DNA of 63,111 nt from Myxococcota bacterium (GCA_025453555.1 JALOQC010000001.1:1-63111), one strand, 5' to 3'; counted from the stretch's first letter, positions 1-11,978 are shown. The notes: generated by a model not told the origin, from the letters alone. A program made the numbers and translations.

Positions 1-1388
1 TTGAAGCTGATGAGCTTCTCCCAGTCGAAGCGGTAGTCCGTGGTGCGGTTCTGCATCAGATCGGCGTACTTCACCGCGCCGATGCCGAGGATCTTCGCCG
101 CCGCGGGCCACTCTTCTTCCGGGATTCTCAGGCCGCCTTCTTCCGCCTTTTCCTGAATGGTCTGCAGCGCGCGCTCCTCGGCCTCGTCGAGCAGGGACGC
201 GAGGGTGAAGGTCTCGCCGTCGCGGGTCTTGAAGGGGCGACCGTCCTTGCCGAGCACGGAGCCGAACGCGACGTGCTCGAGGCGCATGGTCTCGCCGAGC
301 AGGTGCGCGAGCGCGAAGAGCTGCTCGAAGTGGAGCGATTGCGGCGTGCCCACCACGTAGACGCCCCGGTCCGCGTTCCAGCGCTCGCGCCGGTACTGGA
401 TCGTCGCCACGTCGCTCGTCGAGTAGAGGAACGCGCCGTCCTTCTTGCGGACGATGAAGGGCTCCTTCTGCTTCGCGAGCCGCTTGGGCACGGGCAGGCC
501 CTTCTCGGCGAGCTCGTTGAAGAAGACGCAGATCGCGCCGTCGTCCTGGCGCGCGAGGCCCTTCTCGAGGAGCTGCTCGACCACGCCGGGCAGCCGTGCG
601 TCGTAGGCGCTCTCGCCGAGCCACTCGTCGAAGCTCACGCCGAGCCGCTCGTACATGCGGTCGAGCGTGGCGCGGGTGGTCGCGACGAACTTCTCCCACA
701 TCGCGCGGTTGGCGGCGTCACCCTGTTGGAGCTTCGCGAGCTCCGCGCGCGCCTCCGCGGCGAACGCTTCGTCTTCCTTCGCGCGTTTGCTCGAGAGCTT
801 GTAGACGCGCTCGAGCTCCACCAGCGCGTCGCCCGCGAGCGCGGCTTCGTCGCCGTACTCGCGCATGCCGACGATGAGCAGACCGAACTGGGTGCCCCAA
901 TCGCCGAGGTGGTTGTCGCCGATCACGTCGTGGCCGACGAAGCGCAGGAGCTTCACGAGCGACGCGCCGAGGATGGTCGAGCGCAGGTGGCCGACGTGCA
1001 TCTGCTTGGCGATGTTCGGGCTCGAGAAGTCGACGACGATCGTCTCCTTCTTCGCCACCGGATCCACGCCGAGGCGCGCGTCGCCGAGCATCGCGGTGAG
1101 CACGCCACCGATCCACGCCGCGTCGAGCGTGAGGTTCACGAAGCCGGGGCCCGCGACCTCGGCCTTCGCGATCTCGGGGCGCGCGAGCAACGCTGCCGCG
1201 ACGGGCTCCGCGAGCTCGCGCGGGTTCTTCTCCGCCTGCTTCGCGAGCGCGATCACGCCGTTGACCTGGTAGTCGCCGAACTTCGGATCCTGCGTCCCGC
1301 GCAGCAGCGCGTTCGGCGCCTCCGGCAGCGAGAGGGTCTCCTTCAAGACGTGCGCGGCGACGTCGGCGAGGTGCTTCTCCAAGAACAT
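1..1388 (-). CDS. argS: Arginine--tRNA ligase; N-terminus and most of the body, with the C-terminus running off the left edge
   Basis: Absent from the ORF track because it has no in-window stop. My minus-strand translation from ATG (complement of 1386-1388) reads MFLEKHLADVAAHVLKE.... It contains the class I HIGH-type motif PNIAKQMHVGHLRSTILG and ends with GIGAVKYADLMQNRTTDYRFDWEKLISF, which is typical of ArgS. Third-position GC is high. Confidence 0.9.
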   Translation of the reverse strand, partial: MFLEKHLADVAAHVLKETLSLPEAPNALLRGTQDPKFGDYQVNGVIALAKQAEKNPRELAEPVAAALLARPEIAKAEVAGPGFVNLTLDAAWIGGVLTAMLGDARLGVDPVAKKETIVVDFSSPNIAKQMHVGHLRSTILGASLVKLLRFVGHDVIGDNHLGDWGTQFGLLIVGMREYGDEAALAGDALVELERVYKLSSKRAKEDEAFAAEARAELAKLQQGDAANRAMWEKFVATTRATLDRMYERLGVSFDEWLGESAYDARLPGVVEQLLEKGLARQDDGAICVFFNELAEKGLPVPKRLAKQKEPFIVRKKDGAFLYSTSDVATIQYRRERWNADRGVYVVGTPQSLHFEQLFALAHLLGETMRLEHVAFGSVLGKDGRPFKTRDGETFTLASLLDEAEERALQTIQEKAEEGGLRIPEEEWPAAAKILGIGAVKYADLMQNRTTDYRFDWEKLISF

Positions 1389-1676
1389 GGCCGCGTGGCA
1401 TAGCCACCGCGGGCGTCCGCGTCCATTCCGCAACCGTTCCGCATCGCGTGCGGTGAGACGTCGTCGGCATCGCATGCCCGACGGAGGTCGGAGCGGGTCG
1501 CCGTGCGAATCGGTCGGCGGCCGGAGGGTCGGAGCGGGTCGCGCGAATCGATCGGCGGCGCCGAGGAACCCCGTTCATGAATCGCCGTTCATCGGCTTGA
1601 CGCGGTGCGGCAACGACGCCAGCCTTCCCAACCTCGACGACCTCGGCGCAACCTCGCCGACACCTGGAGGAAACAC

Positions 1677-3503
<1,827 letters not shown>

Positions 3504-3527
3504 GCCGTCCGGGACATCCCCTGAACG

Positions 3528-3551
3528 AGGGAGGCTTCGGCCTCCCTTTTT
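3528..3551 (+). terminator. Rho-independent terminator after the acyl-CoA dehydrogenase gene
   Basis: An 8-bp GC-rich stem (AGGGAGGC / GCCTCCCT) with a TTCG loop is followed by a T-run (3547-3551), 25 nt after the stop codon. Confidence 0.7.
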
Positions 3552-3825
3552 CATTGGCGCGCACGAGGGTTCCGCGCGTGGCTGATGGTCTTGCGAGTGG
3601 CCGAGGCTGCACGGGTGTCAGGGCTCGTACGTCGGCGCCAGGCTTCGGCCGGCGCGGTCGAGCGAAACCCCCATCGGGGACGAACTTCGAGCGACCCGCA
3701 GCCCGTCCCCGCGAGCGCAGAAAATGCGCTTCATGTCCGCGCGGTTTCCGGTCGCGTTACGGAGTGGTGGCTTCACCCGGCAGCCGTTGACAGTCGTTCG
3801 CCGTGCTGAGAAAGATCGGCTCGAC

Positions 3826-5637
3826 ATGGGAGGGAGTCGGCCCGCGAGCCTCTCCACGAGCGAAGTCGGCACCGCGCCGGCCATGCTCGGGGACACGAGC
3901 TTCGGCAAATACACGCTGATCGCGAAGATCGGACACGGCGGCATGGCCGAAGTGTTCCTGGCGGCGGTGCGTGGGCCGGCCGGCTTCACCAAGCTCTGCG
4001 TGCTCAAGCGCCTGCACCCTCATCTGGAGGAGGAAGACGCGCTCGTCGGGATGTTCCTCGACGAGGCGAGGCTCGCGGCGCGGCTGAACCACCCGAACGT
4101 CGTGCAGACCTACGAGGTCGGCGACGTCGAGGGGCTCCACTTCCTCACGATGGAGTACCTGGAGGGGCAGTCGCTCGCGCGGGTGCTGCGGCACCTGCGT
4201 CGGCTCGATCAGCCGCTCCCGCTCGGGGTGGGGACGCGCATGTTCGTCGAGCTCCTCGACGGACTGCAGTACGCGCACTCACTCAAGGACTTCGACGGTA
4301 CCCCGCTCAACGTCGTCCACCGCGACATCTCGCCCGGCAACGTCTACGTCACGTACGACGGCCAGGTGAAGCTGCTCGACTTCGGCATCGCGCGCGCGGG
4401 CACGCAGCTCGTCGAGACGCGCGCGGGTCAGGTGAAGGGCAAGTTCGCGTACATCGCGCCCGAACAGGCCTCGACCGACGGAAAGCACGATCAGCGCGCC
4501 GACATCTGGAGCCTCGGCGTCGTCATGTGGGAGGCCTTCGCGGGCAAGCGCCTCTTCAAGGGCGACAGCGAGGTCGCGACGCTGCACAACGCGCTCACGA
4601 GCGAGATCCTCACGCTCGACACCGAGATCGACGTGCCCAACGAGCTCGCGCGCATCGTCGATCGGGCGCTGCAGCGCGATCCCGACGCGCGGTATCCGAG
4701 CGCGCGCGCGATGAAGGAGGACCTCGAGCAGTTCATGCACTCCGAGGGGCTCCGCGCGGGACGCAACGACGTGGGCTCGTTCGTGACCGAGCTCTTCGAG
4801 CGCGAGCGCGACGATCAGCGCCGCGTGCTCAGCGCGTACATGCGCGGTGAGTCGCCGGGCATCTCGATGACGCCGATCTCGATCAGCGGAGGCACGGGCT
4901 CCGGCGTGTCGAGCCGCTCGTCGATGCCGAGCGCGGCGAGCGCGGTCGTCGCGACCGACGGCTCGCGCGACAAGAAGAAGCAGATGTTGGTCGTCGGGCT
5001 GCTCCTGCTGCTCGCGGCGGGCGTCGGGGCGTTCTTCGCGCTCTCGGGCGGAGCCGACGATCCGGTGGCGGACGCGGGGACGGTCGGGGCGAACGCGAAC
5101 GGGGCCGGGAACACAGGCACGCCGATCGCGGGCACCGGTACCGCGGATCCGAACGCCGCCGCGAATGCTGCGGGCGCGACCAACGGAACGACGGGCACGA
5201 CCGGTACGACCGACACCGAGAACGCTGGCGCGAACGTGCCGTCGCTGCCGGACCCCGTGACCTCGATGGCCGAGCCGCCCGCGATGGTCGAGGCGCTCAC
5301 CGCGATGGACACGAGCGCCATGAGCGAACGTCCGCGCAATCCGTCGGCCATGCGCCCGCGGACCACGCCGGTCGAAGCGACGACCCCGCCGCCTCGCATG
5401 GAGGAGTCGCCGCCCCCGCCAGCCGCGGAGGATGGCTTCCTCACCCTCGACACCATCCCGTGGTCGAACGTCGCGCTCGGCAATCGCCGCCTCGGCACCA
5501 CACCCTTGATTCGTTTCCGGCTCCCGCCCGGTGAGCACAACCTCACGCTCACCAACCCGGAGCAGGGCATCCGCTCCACGTACCGGGTGGTCGTCCAGCC
5601 CGGTCAGACCACGGCTCGTAGGATCGCGATCCAATGA
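3826..5637 (+). CDS. Ser/Thr protein kinase with a low-complexity linker, a TM segment and a C-terminal PEGA-like domain
   Basis: ORF 3724..5637. Hanks kinase motifs are present (GHGGMAEVF, VLKRL, HRDISPGN, DFGIA, APEQ). A TM helix (LVVGLLLLLAAGVGAFFAL) is followed by a PEGA-like end (FLTLDTIPWSNVALGNRRLGTTPL...). The start is uncertain; ATG 3826 is preferred over 3724 because third-position GC is lower upstream. Confidence 0.85.
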   Translation: MGGSRPASLSTSEVGTAPAMLGDTSFGKYTLIAKIGHGGMAEVFLAAVRGPAGFTKLCVLKRLHPHLEEEDALVGMFLDEARLAARLNHPNVVQTYEVGDVEGLHFLTMEYLEGQSLARVLRHLRRLDQPLPLGVGTRMFVELLDGLQYAHSLKDFDGTPLNVVHRDISPGNVYVTYDGQVKLLDFGIARAGTQLVETRAGQVKGKFAYIAPEQASTDGKHDQRADIWSLGVVMWEAFAGKRLFKGDSEVATLHNALTSEILTLDTEIDVPNELARIVDRALQRDPDARYPSARAMKEDLEQFMHSEGLRAGRNDVGSFVTELFERERDDQRRVLSAYMRGESPGISMTPISISGGTGSGVSSRSSMPSAASAVVATDGSRDKKKQMLVVGLLLLLAAGVGAFFALSGGADDPVADAGTVGANANGAGNTGTPIAGTGTADPNAAANAAGATNGTTGTTGTTDTENAGANVPSLPDPVTSMAEPPAMVEALTAMDTSAMSERPRNPSAMRPRTTPVEATTPPPRMEESPPPPAAEDGFLTLDTIPWSNVALGNRRLGTTPLIRFRLPPGEHNLTLTNPEQGIRSTYRVVVQPGQTTARRIAIQ

Positions 5638-7001
5638 ACGCTCCGCGTGTGCTCTCTTCCCTCCAGGATCGGTCGGGTCGATCGGGCAGGACGTCCGAAG
5701 GGCCCTCTCGAGATGCTTCGACCGCCGGTTCACGTGCCCGCAAGCTCGTGTGTCACGTGGCGTGCGCGCTCGGCTGCTCGATGCTGCTCGGGAGCTGCAG
5801 CGATCCCGACCCGGGCGTGCGGGGGGAGCCGATCCGCATCGGCGTGATCGTCTCGCTGACGGGAGGTCTGGCGTCGGTCGGCCCTCACCTCGCCAACAGC
5901 GCGCGCCTCGCCGCGCGCGAAGTGAACTCCGTCGGAGGCTTGCTCGGCGGGCGCGAGGTCGAGCTCGTGGTCGTCGACGACCGCACCGATCCGGCCTTCG
6001 CGCGAATGGAAGCACAGCGGCTTGTGCAGGAAGAAGGCGTCGTCGCGATCGTCGGATCGCTCGCGAGCAGCGCGTCGCTGCAGGTCCAAGAGATCACCGC
6101 CGAGGCGCAGATCCCGCAGGTGAGCTGCTGCTCGACTTCGCCCGATCTCACCAACGCGCAGCCGGAGATGGAGCGTTTCCTCTTCCGCACGGTGCCGGCC
6201 GACGATCTCCAGGCGGTGGTCGTCGCGCGGCAGGCGGACGCGATCGGCTGCACGCGCCTCGCGGTCCTTCACCTCGACGACAGCTACGGCAACCCGTTCG
6301 GCATGGCGATCGAGGCGCGCTTCGAAGCGCTCGGGGGCACCGTCGTCGCGCGCGTGCCGTTTCCCGCCGAACGTCCGAGCTACTCCACTCAGGTCCAGAT
6401 GATCGCCGACGCCACGCCAGACTGCGTCGGCCTCGTCGCGTTCCCCGCGGAGGGGGGAGCGATCCTTCGCGACTGGAACGCGCTCGCGAGCGCGCCCGAC
6501 GTGACGTGGATCGGCACCGACGGCATCAAGGACTCGGGCTTCCCGATGGCCGCGGGCAGCGCCGCGCTCGTGGACGGAGTCACGGGCACCGCGCCGATCG
6601 TCGAGCCCGTCACGCCGGCGTTCAACGCGTACGCTGCGCTCTACGAGGCGACCTTCAGCGAGCCGGTCGGCATCTTCGGCGGCAGCCAATACGACGCGAT
6701 GGCGCTCGTGCTTATCGCGATCGAGCAGGCCGAGACCACCGATGGGGTCGCGATCCGCGACGCGCTCTTCGACGTATCGAGCGCGGACCAAGCGGGGGAT
6801 CGATTCTTCGGTCCCGGTCAGCTCGGGCTCGCGTTGCAGCGCATCCGCGACGGGCTCGGCATCAACTACGAAGGCGCGGGCGGGCCCGTCGACTTCGACG
6901 CCTTCGGCAACGTCGTGAGCGACTACGAGATCTGGCGCTTCGACGCTGCGACGAGCTCGTTCGTGCGCACCGCCACCATCGGAGCTTCGACCATTCAATG
7001 A
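5634..7001 (+). CDS. Periplasmic substrate-binding lipoprotein, LivK / branched-chain amino-acid binding (type 1 PBP) family
   Basis: ORF 5634..7001. There is a lipobox (LLGSCS). The run IRIGVIVSLTGGLASVGPHLANSARLAAREVNSVGGLLGGREVELVVVDD is typical of Leu/Ile/Val-binding proteins. The start overlaps the kinase stop (ATGA). Confidence 0.8.
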   Translation: MNAPRVLSSLQDRSGRSGRTSEGPSRDASTAGSRARKLVCHVACALGCSMLLGSCSDPDPGVRGEPIRIGVIVSLTGGLASVGPHLANSARLAAREVNSVGGLLGGREVELVVVDDRTDPAFARMEAQRLVQEEGVVAIVGSLASSASLQVQEITAEAQIPQVSCCSTSPDLTNAQPEMERFLFRTVPADDLQAVVVARQADAIGCTRLAVLHLDDSYGNPFGMAIEARFEALGGTVVARVPFPAERPSYSTQVQMIADATPDCVGLVAFPAEGGAILRDWNALASAPDVTWIGTDGIKDSGFPMAAGSAALVDGVTGTAPIVEPVTPAFNAYAALYEATFSEPVGIFGGSQYDAMALVLIAIEQAETTDGVAIRDALFDVSSADQAGDRFFGPGQLGLALQRIRDGLGINYEGAGGPVDFDAFGNVVSDYEIWRFDAATSSFVRTATIGASTIQ

Positions 7002-7537
7002 AGAGTCACTGGGCAAGGATCCGACGCGACGCGAGCGATCGCGCTACACGGACGCATGCGTGCCTTCGAGCGCTCGGGCTCGTCGGGCTCACGCTGCTCG
7101 GCTGTGGAGGGGAGACGGTGTCGGTCGAGCTGGCGTTCCCCTCGTCCGATTCCTTCGTGCGCTCTGCCAACGCGCGCCTCTTCGTGGTCGACGTCGGCGA
7201 CGATCTCGGTGCGTGCCCAGACCTCGTGATGCAATCCGAGCTCGGCAACCTCAGCGGCGACGTCTTCCAGTCCGAAGCGGTCAGCGTTTGCGACACCTCG
7301 GTCGGCCGGCTCACGGTGCCCGACGTCGACGAAGGCCTCTACGCGTTCGTCGCGGCTGCCACCAACGAAGCGGGCCAGGTGCTGCTCACTGGCTGCACCA
7401 TCGCCGATCCCTACGTCGACGACGCGCCCCTCCGGATCGTGCTCGCCCCGACCGAGCGCTACCGAACTACGTTCCCGGTCGGGACCGATCCCGAGACCTG
7501 CTCCGCCGACGACAAGTGCCTGCGAGGGTGCCGATGA
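6998..7537 (+). CDS. Hypothetical lipoprotein
   Basis: This is the C-terminal 180 aa of ORF 5531..7537. ATG 6998 overlaps the upstream stop (ATGA). It has a signal peptide with lipobox (LGLVGLTLLGCGG) and high third-position GC. Confidence 0.65.
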   Translation: MKSHWARIRRDASDRATRTHACLRALGLVGLTLLGCGGETVSVELAFPSSDSFVRSANARLFVVDVGDDLGACPDLVMQSELGNLSGDVFQSEAVSVCDTSVGRLTVPDVDEGLYAFVAAATNEAGQVLLTGCTIADPYVDDAPLRIVLAPTERYRTTFPVGTDPETCSADDKCLRGCR

Positions 7538-8376
7538 CCTCCAACGTGCGAGCCGTGCGCGGCGTCTTCGTGGCGCTGTCGATCGTGGTCCTCTCGCTCG
7601 TCGCGCCGGTCGCGCACGCGCAGGATCTGCTGGGCCAGGCCGAAGAGGCCTACATGAACGTCGACTTCGAGCGCACGCTCGAGCTCGCGCGGCAGGCGAT
7701 GGCGACCGGCCGGCTCTCACCGGATCGGCTAGCGCGCGTGTACGAGCTGATGGGCGTCGCGTACGCGGCTTCGGGCGACGAGGACGCCTCGCGCGAGGCG
7801 TACAAGAAGATGCTCGCGCTGCGACCGGACGCGCAGGTGGACACGAACCTCGCGCCGCGGTTGCGCAGCCCCTTCATGGAGGCTCGCGGATATTGGGCTA
7901 CGCGCAGCGATCGGCTCGCGGCGGACGTGGTTCTCGCACGCGCGGATCGCGGGCTTCGTGTGTCGATCGTCGATCCGCTCGGGATGGCGCGTCGCATCGT
8001 GGTTCGCACGCGCATCGCAGGCGAGATGACGCCGCTCGACGAGCAGACGTTGCCGGCCGAGAGCGGCGTGCTGGCGCCGGTGGCTGGGCTCCCGGAGGCC
8101 GACCGCATCGAGTACGTGGTCGAGCTGCAAGACGAGGCGGGCAATCGCTTGGTGCAGCTCGGGACCAACGACACCCCGAACGTGGTCGGGCGCGATCCGG
8201 TGGTCGCCGGCGGTGGTGGCGGCGGGAGCACGACGCGCGAAGAAGGCGGCGGGGTGCCCGGCTGGGTGTGGGGCTTGGTCGGCGGCGTCGTGGTGGCGGC
8301 AGCGGTCGGCACGGGCCTCTACCTCGGACTGCGTACCGAGCCGATCACCCTGCGGAGCGCGGTCGTCTTCGAGTGA
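7534..8376 (+). CDS. Secreted TPR-like protein with a Gly-rich linker and a C-terminal TM anchor
   Basis: This is the C-terminal 280 aa of ORF 7060..8376. ATG 7534 overlaps the upstream stop (ATGA). It has a signal peptide (VFVALSIVVLSLVAPVAHAQ), a TPR-like helix pair and a terminal TM helix (WVWGLVGGVVVAAAVGTGLYL). Confidence 0.65.
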   Translation: MTSNVRAVRGVFVALSIVVLSLVAPVAHAQDLLGQAEEAYMNVDFERTLELARQAMATGRLSPDRLARVYELMGVAYAASGDEDASREAYKKMLALRPDAQVDTNLAPRLRSPFMEARGYWATRSDRLAADVVLARADRGLRVSIVDPLGMARRIVVRTRIAGEMTPLDEQTLPAESGVLAPVAGLPEADRIEYVVELQDEAGNRLVQLGTNDTPNVVGRDPVVAGGGGGGSTTREEGGGVPGWVWGLVGGVVVAAAVGTGLYLGLRTEPITLRSAVVFE

Positions 8377-8477
8377 GATCGCGTTCGCTCGTCCCTTCGC
8401 TCGTGCATTCGATCGCGGGCTTGCCCTCGTCGTCCTCGGCTCGATAGGGTCCGCCGCGAAGCACGCAGGAGGATCCG

Positions 8478-9149
8478 ATGGGCGAGAAGGTCGAGTTTCG
8501 GGCGAACGGCGGGACGTGCGAGGGGTACCTCGCGAGGCCGTCGAGCGGGAAGGGGCCCGGGCTCCTCGTGATCCAGGAGTGGTGGGGCCTCGTGCCGCAC
8601 ATCGAGTCGCTCGCCGATCGTTTTGCGGAAGCCGGCTTCGTCGCCCTCGCGCCGGACCTCTACCACGGCGCGAAGACGACGAGCCCCGACGAAGCGGGGC
8701 GGCTCATGATGGCGCTCGACATCGCGGAGTCCGCCAAGGATCTGAAGGGCGCCGCGGACTACCTGCTCGGGCTCGACGCGGTGAGCCCGAAGAAGGTCGG
8801 CGCGTTGGGGTTCTGCATGGGTGGGCAGCTCGCGCTCTTCGCGGCCACCGAGCACCCCGAGATCACGGCGTGTGTCGACTTCTACGGCATCCACCCGCAC
8901 GTGAGCCCGGACTTCCGCAAGCTCTCCGGCAAGGTGCTCTGCCATTGGGGCAAGACGGATGGCTTCGTGACGACGGAAGCCGCGGAGGCGTTGGTGGCGT
9001 CGATGCGCGCGGCGGGCGCGGACGTCGAGTCTCACCACTACGACGCTGGCCACGCGTTCTTCAACGACGGCCGCCCGGAGGCGTACGACGCGACGGCGGC
9101 GAAGCTCGCGTGGGATCGCACGCTGACGTTCCTGCGCGCGAACCTCTGA
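8478..9149 (+). CDS. Dienelactone hydrolase family protein
   Basis: ORF 8478..9149, with AGGAGG upstream. DLH-like sequence is present (GLLVIQEWWGL, FVALAPDLYHG, GFCMGG nucleophile elbow, HAFFND). Confidence 0.85.
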   Translation: MGEKVEFRANGGTCEGYLARPSSGKGPGLLVIQEWWGLVPHIESLADRFAEAGFVALAPDLYHGAKTTSPDEAGRLMMALDIAESAKDLKGAADYLLGLDAVSPKKVGALGFCMGGQLALFAATEHPEITACVDFYGIHPHVSPDFRKLSGKVLCHWGKTDGFVTTEAAEALVASMRAAGADVESHHYDAGHAFFNDGRPEAYDATAAKLAWDRTLTFLRANL

Positions 9150-9273
9150 TCGCACTCCGGGCCACCTGCGGATCCGCGGCCGCGTGGTCGGTCGAGCGCC
9201 ATCGAAGCGCGCCGTCGATGCACGCCGTCGATGCACGCGGGACGAAGCCTCGTCTCGTCGCCAGCCGTACGGC

Positions 9274-9876
9274 TCAGAAGCCACGCGGTGCGGGGCCGTG
9301 CTTGGCGAAGCCTCGGTCGCGTCGCCAGCCCGCGATCGCGACGCCGGTCGGGGCGAGCACACCGACGAGCCAGACGTAGAAGCCGATCCCGAAGTGTTGG
9401 AGGCGGAGGTTGTTGACTCCGCCTTCGTTCTGCCAGACCTCGACGCCGAAGAGCGTGGCGCTCGAGAGCGCGAGCACGGCCGCGATCACGAGCACGATCG
9501 ATGCGCCTCGGTAGCGCCGCAGCGCGAGCAGGATCCAGCTGAGGATCAGCATCGGGTTGGCGTACCAACCGCAGATCGGTCCGCCCATCATCGGCCCGAA
9601 CCAACCACAGAGCACGAAGGTCGCGCCGCGCCACATCACGGGCGTGCCGGACTCGTCCGTGAAGTGTCCGGACGGGAGCGCGGTGCCGGACGCGAGCGCG
9701 ATCACGCTGATCGCGATCGCAGCGAAGCGCGCGCGATCGAAGGATTCGAGCGGACGTCGCGTGGGCCGATCGGAGGTCGCGCTCGTCGTGCTCGAGGCGT
9801 CGGCGCGGGAGTTCGTCGTGGCACCCTCGGGGCTCGCGGGGGCGCTCGACGGCGAGGGATCGTCGGGGGTGGTCAT
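9274..9876 (-). CDS. Hypothetical integral membrane protein
   Basis: ORF 9274..9876. A Ser/Thr/Pro-rich N-terminus is followed by 4-5 hydrophobic helices. Third-position GC is high, and it is the last gene of a minus-strand kinase operon. Confidence 0.6.
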   Translation of the reverse strand: MTTPDDPSPSSAPASPEGATTNSRADASSTTSATSDRPTRRPLESFDRARFAAIAISVIALASGTALPSGHFTDESGTPVMWRGATFVLCGWFGPMMGGPICGWYANPMLILSWILLALRRYRGASIVLVIAAVLALSSATLFGVEVWQNEGGVNNLRLQHFGIGFYVWLVGVLAPTGVAIAGWRRDRGFAKHGPAPRGF

Positions 9877-9978
9877 ACCGCTACACCGTGCATCTGCCCT
9901 CTGGGGCCAAGCTCACACGCGCATCGGGGGCGAGGTCGAGCGCGCTCGCGCATCGCGCACGCTTCGGTTCGAGGTGGC

Positions 9979-11061
9979 TCACATGCACATCGGATCGAGA
10001 GAGATCGGGACCGGAGCGCCCCATCGAATCGAGTGCGCTTCGGAGAAGCGCAGCGCGAGGCTGATCGCGTTGCAATCGAGTCCCGTGCCGTCCTCGCTGC
10101 GATCCGAGCGCACGTCGGCCGCGCGGTTGAGCAGGTTCGCGGCCACGGTGCGTATCGTGACGTCGGCGGGGCACGGCGCCAAGAGCTCGACCGCCGCGGT
10201 GGCCTCCGCGACCGACCACCGACCGTACACCGTGAAGTCGGTGGGACCCTCCGGAGTCAGCTCGATCACGAGACGCGCATCGCGGAGCGCGATGCTCAGA
10301 CGGCGACCCTCGGCTGCGAAGTCGAAGGGCAACGACTCCGGGATGACGGCCACGAGCTTGCCGTCCGCGACGTATGCGGTGAGGTCGCGCGCGAGCGGCG
10401 CGCCACCCGCGGTGAAGAAGCCGTCCGCCGGCAGCACCTCGACGTCACCGGCGGTCCAGTCGGGGGAGTTTTCGCCCGCGAGGTCCGCGCCGACCGCGAA
10501 GGTGATCATCACCTGTTCGTCGTTCGCGAGCCCGTTCCAATCCTCGATGCGCACCATCGGGACGCCCACGCCGCGCTCGCGCGCGCTCGACGCGAACTCC
10601 GCCTCGATGGAGGGCGCCACCGCGCGCAGGCCCTCCATGATGATCAGCCCGAACGCGTTGTCGGTCCCCGCGCCGGTCGAGTCGGGGATGGTGCCCATCG
10701 CGTTCGAGCAGCTCGAGACACCTTCGAGCATGGTGCAGTAGCCGTCGAGATCGAACCCGACCGCGGCGCGGAAGTCCGGCATGAGGAAGCCCACCTCGAA
10801 CGGCGGCACGTCGCCCATCTCGTCGCAGAGGGGGCGCGGCGGCGGGCGCACGAGCGTGCAGCCCTCGGGCATGCCGGTGAGGTCCTGGGTGCCTCGGCAG
10901 GGATCGCCCGCGTCCGGCGGCCCGACGTCCACGCGGATGCCCGCGTCGGAGGGCGCGTCGACGGACGCGTCGACCTCACCACCGTCGCGCTCGTACACGA
11001 TGAGCGCCTCGGTGCAGCCGATCAGAAGCGCAAGCGATAGGTACAGCCACCGAGCCCGCAC
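9979..11061 (-). CDS. Hypothetical lipoprotein
   Basis: This is the C-terminal 360 aa of ORF 9979..11262. GTG 11061 gives VRARWLYLSLALLIGC (lipobox). It overlaps the 3' end of the upstream gene by 40 nt. Confidence 0.65.
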   Translation of the reverse strand: MRARWLYLSLALLIGCTEALIVYERDGGEVDASVDAPSDAGIRVDVGPPDAGDPCRGTQDLTGMPEGCTLVRPPPRPLCDEMGDVPPFEVGFLMPDFRAAVGFDLDGYCTMLEGVSSCSNAMGTIPDSTGAGTDNAFGLIIMEGLRAVAPSIEAEFASSARERGVGVPMVRIEDWNGLANDEQVMITFAVGADLAGENSPDWTAGDVEVLPADGFFTAGGAPLARDLTAYVADGKLVAVIPESLPFDFAAEGRRLSIALRDARLVIELTPEGPTDFTVYGRWSVAEATAAVELLAPCPADVTIRTVAANLLNRAADVRSDRSEDGTGLDCNAISLALRFSEAHSIRWGAPVPISLDPMCM

Positions 11062-11978
11062 GCGACCTCGTCGTTCTCGTCGTCCCACGTCAGACGAAGG
11101 ATACCCACCGTCGCCATCGCGAGCCCAGCGGCGCCCACCAGAAACGTCGTCGCCGCTGCGGCGCGACTCTGGCGTCGCAGCGTCCCGAGGTTCAGGCAGC
11201 TCGCCCCGGGCGTCGCCTCGGCCTCCTCGCAGCGCGAGACTTCCTGGCGGCGATCGACCCACCAGAAGACGTCGACCACCGCGGCGACCACCAACGCACC
11301 GCCGGCCGACACGAGGCCGATGCCGAGCGCGTCGAGGCCGGTCTCGCGCGGCGGCTCCACCACCACCGGCTCCGGGCGTGGCGACACCAACGCGTCGGCG
11401 TTCGGCGGCTCGTCGCGGGCGAGCACGACGGTCAGATCTTCGAGCTCACCACCGCGCACCGCGAAGCGACGATCGACGGGGACGAAGCCCTCCGCACGGG
11501 CGGTGATCGTGTGGTCACCCACCGCGAGGAGCAGCGTGCCGTCCTCTTCGGGCTCGGGCGCGCGCAGATCGATCGTGACCTCGGCATCCGCGGGCTCGAT
11601 TCGCAGGCGGAAGCGGCCGAGGAACGTGTCGGTGCGCCCGAGCAGCTCCTCGGTCTCGCGGCGCTGGCGCGGGGTCAGCGCGCGACGGGTCTCCGCGAGC
11701 GCCTCCCGGAGCTGACGGTGCGCGACCACGTACTCGCGCAGCTCGAACGAGGCCATGCCTGCGCCCCGCAGGAGCCGCGCAGAGGGCTGGGCGTCGTATG
11801 CCTGCAGGAACAGCGCGCGCGCCTCGGCGTAGTTGCCGCGATCGAACTCGCGGACCGCCTCGCGCGTGAGCGTGCGCGCATTGCCCTGCGCGTCGACGCT
11901 CGAGACGGGGGCTCCGAGCACGAGCACCGCGACCAGCGACGCGACGAGCGAGGGGATGGACGAGGTCGAACGGCGCAC
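11022..11978 (-). CDS. Secreted TPR-like / PEGA-like protein with a TM anchor
   Basis: ORF 11022..11978. It has a signal peptide (SLVASLVAVLVLGAPVSSVDAQ), a TPR-like helix pair, a PEGA-like beta domain (IEPADAEVTIDL...GDHTITARAEGFVPV) and a TM helix (LGIGLVSAGGALVVAAVV). Confidence 0.7.
   Translation of the reverse strand: MRRSTSSIPSLVASLVAVLVLGAPVSSVDAQGNARTLTREAVREFDRGNYAEARALFLQAYDAQPSARLLRGAGMASFELREYVVAHRQLREALAETRRALTPRQRRETEELLGRTDTFLGRFRLRIEPADAEVTIDLRAPEPEEDGTLLLAVGDHTITARAEGFVPVDRRFAVRGGELEDLTVVLARDEPPNADALVSPRPEPVVVEPPRETGLDALGIGLVSAGGALVVAAVVDVFWWVDRRQEVSRCEEAEATPGASCLNLGTLRRQSRAAAATTFLVGAAGLAMATVGILRLTWDDENDEVACGLGGCTYRLRF

Noticed and set aside
3787-3816. Sigma-70-like promoter (TTGACA, 17-nt spacer, AAAGAT) upstream of the first kinase
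   Set aside because: The -35 is perfect but the -10 is poor, and myxobacterial promoter consensus is loosely defined. It is too weak to report as a feature, though it supports choosing the 3826 start over 3724.
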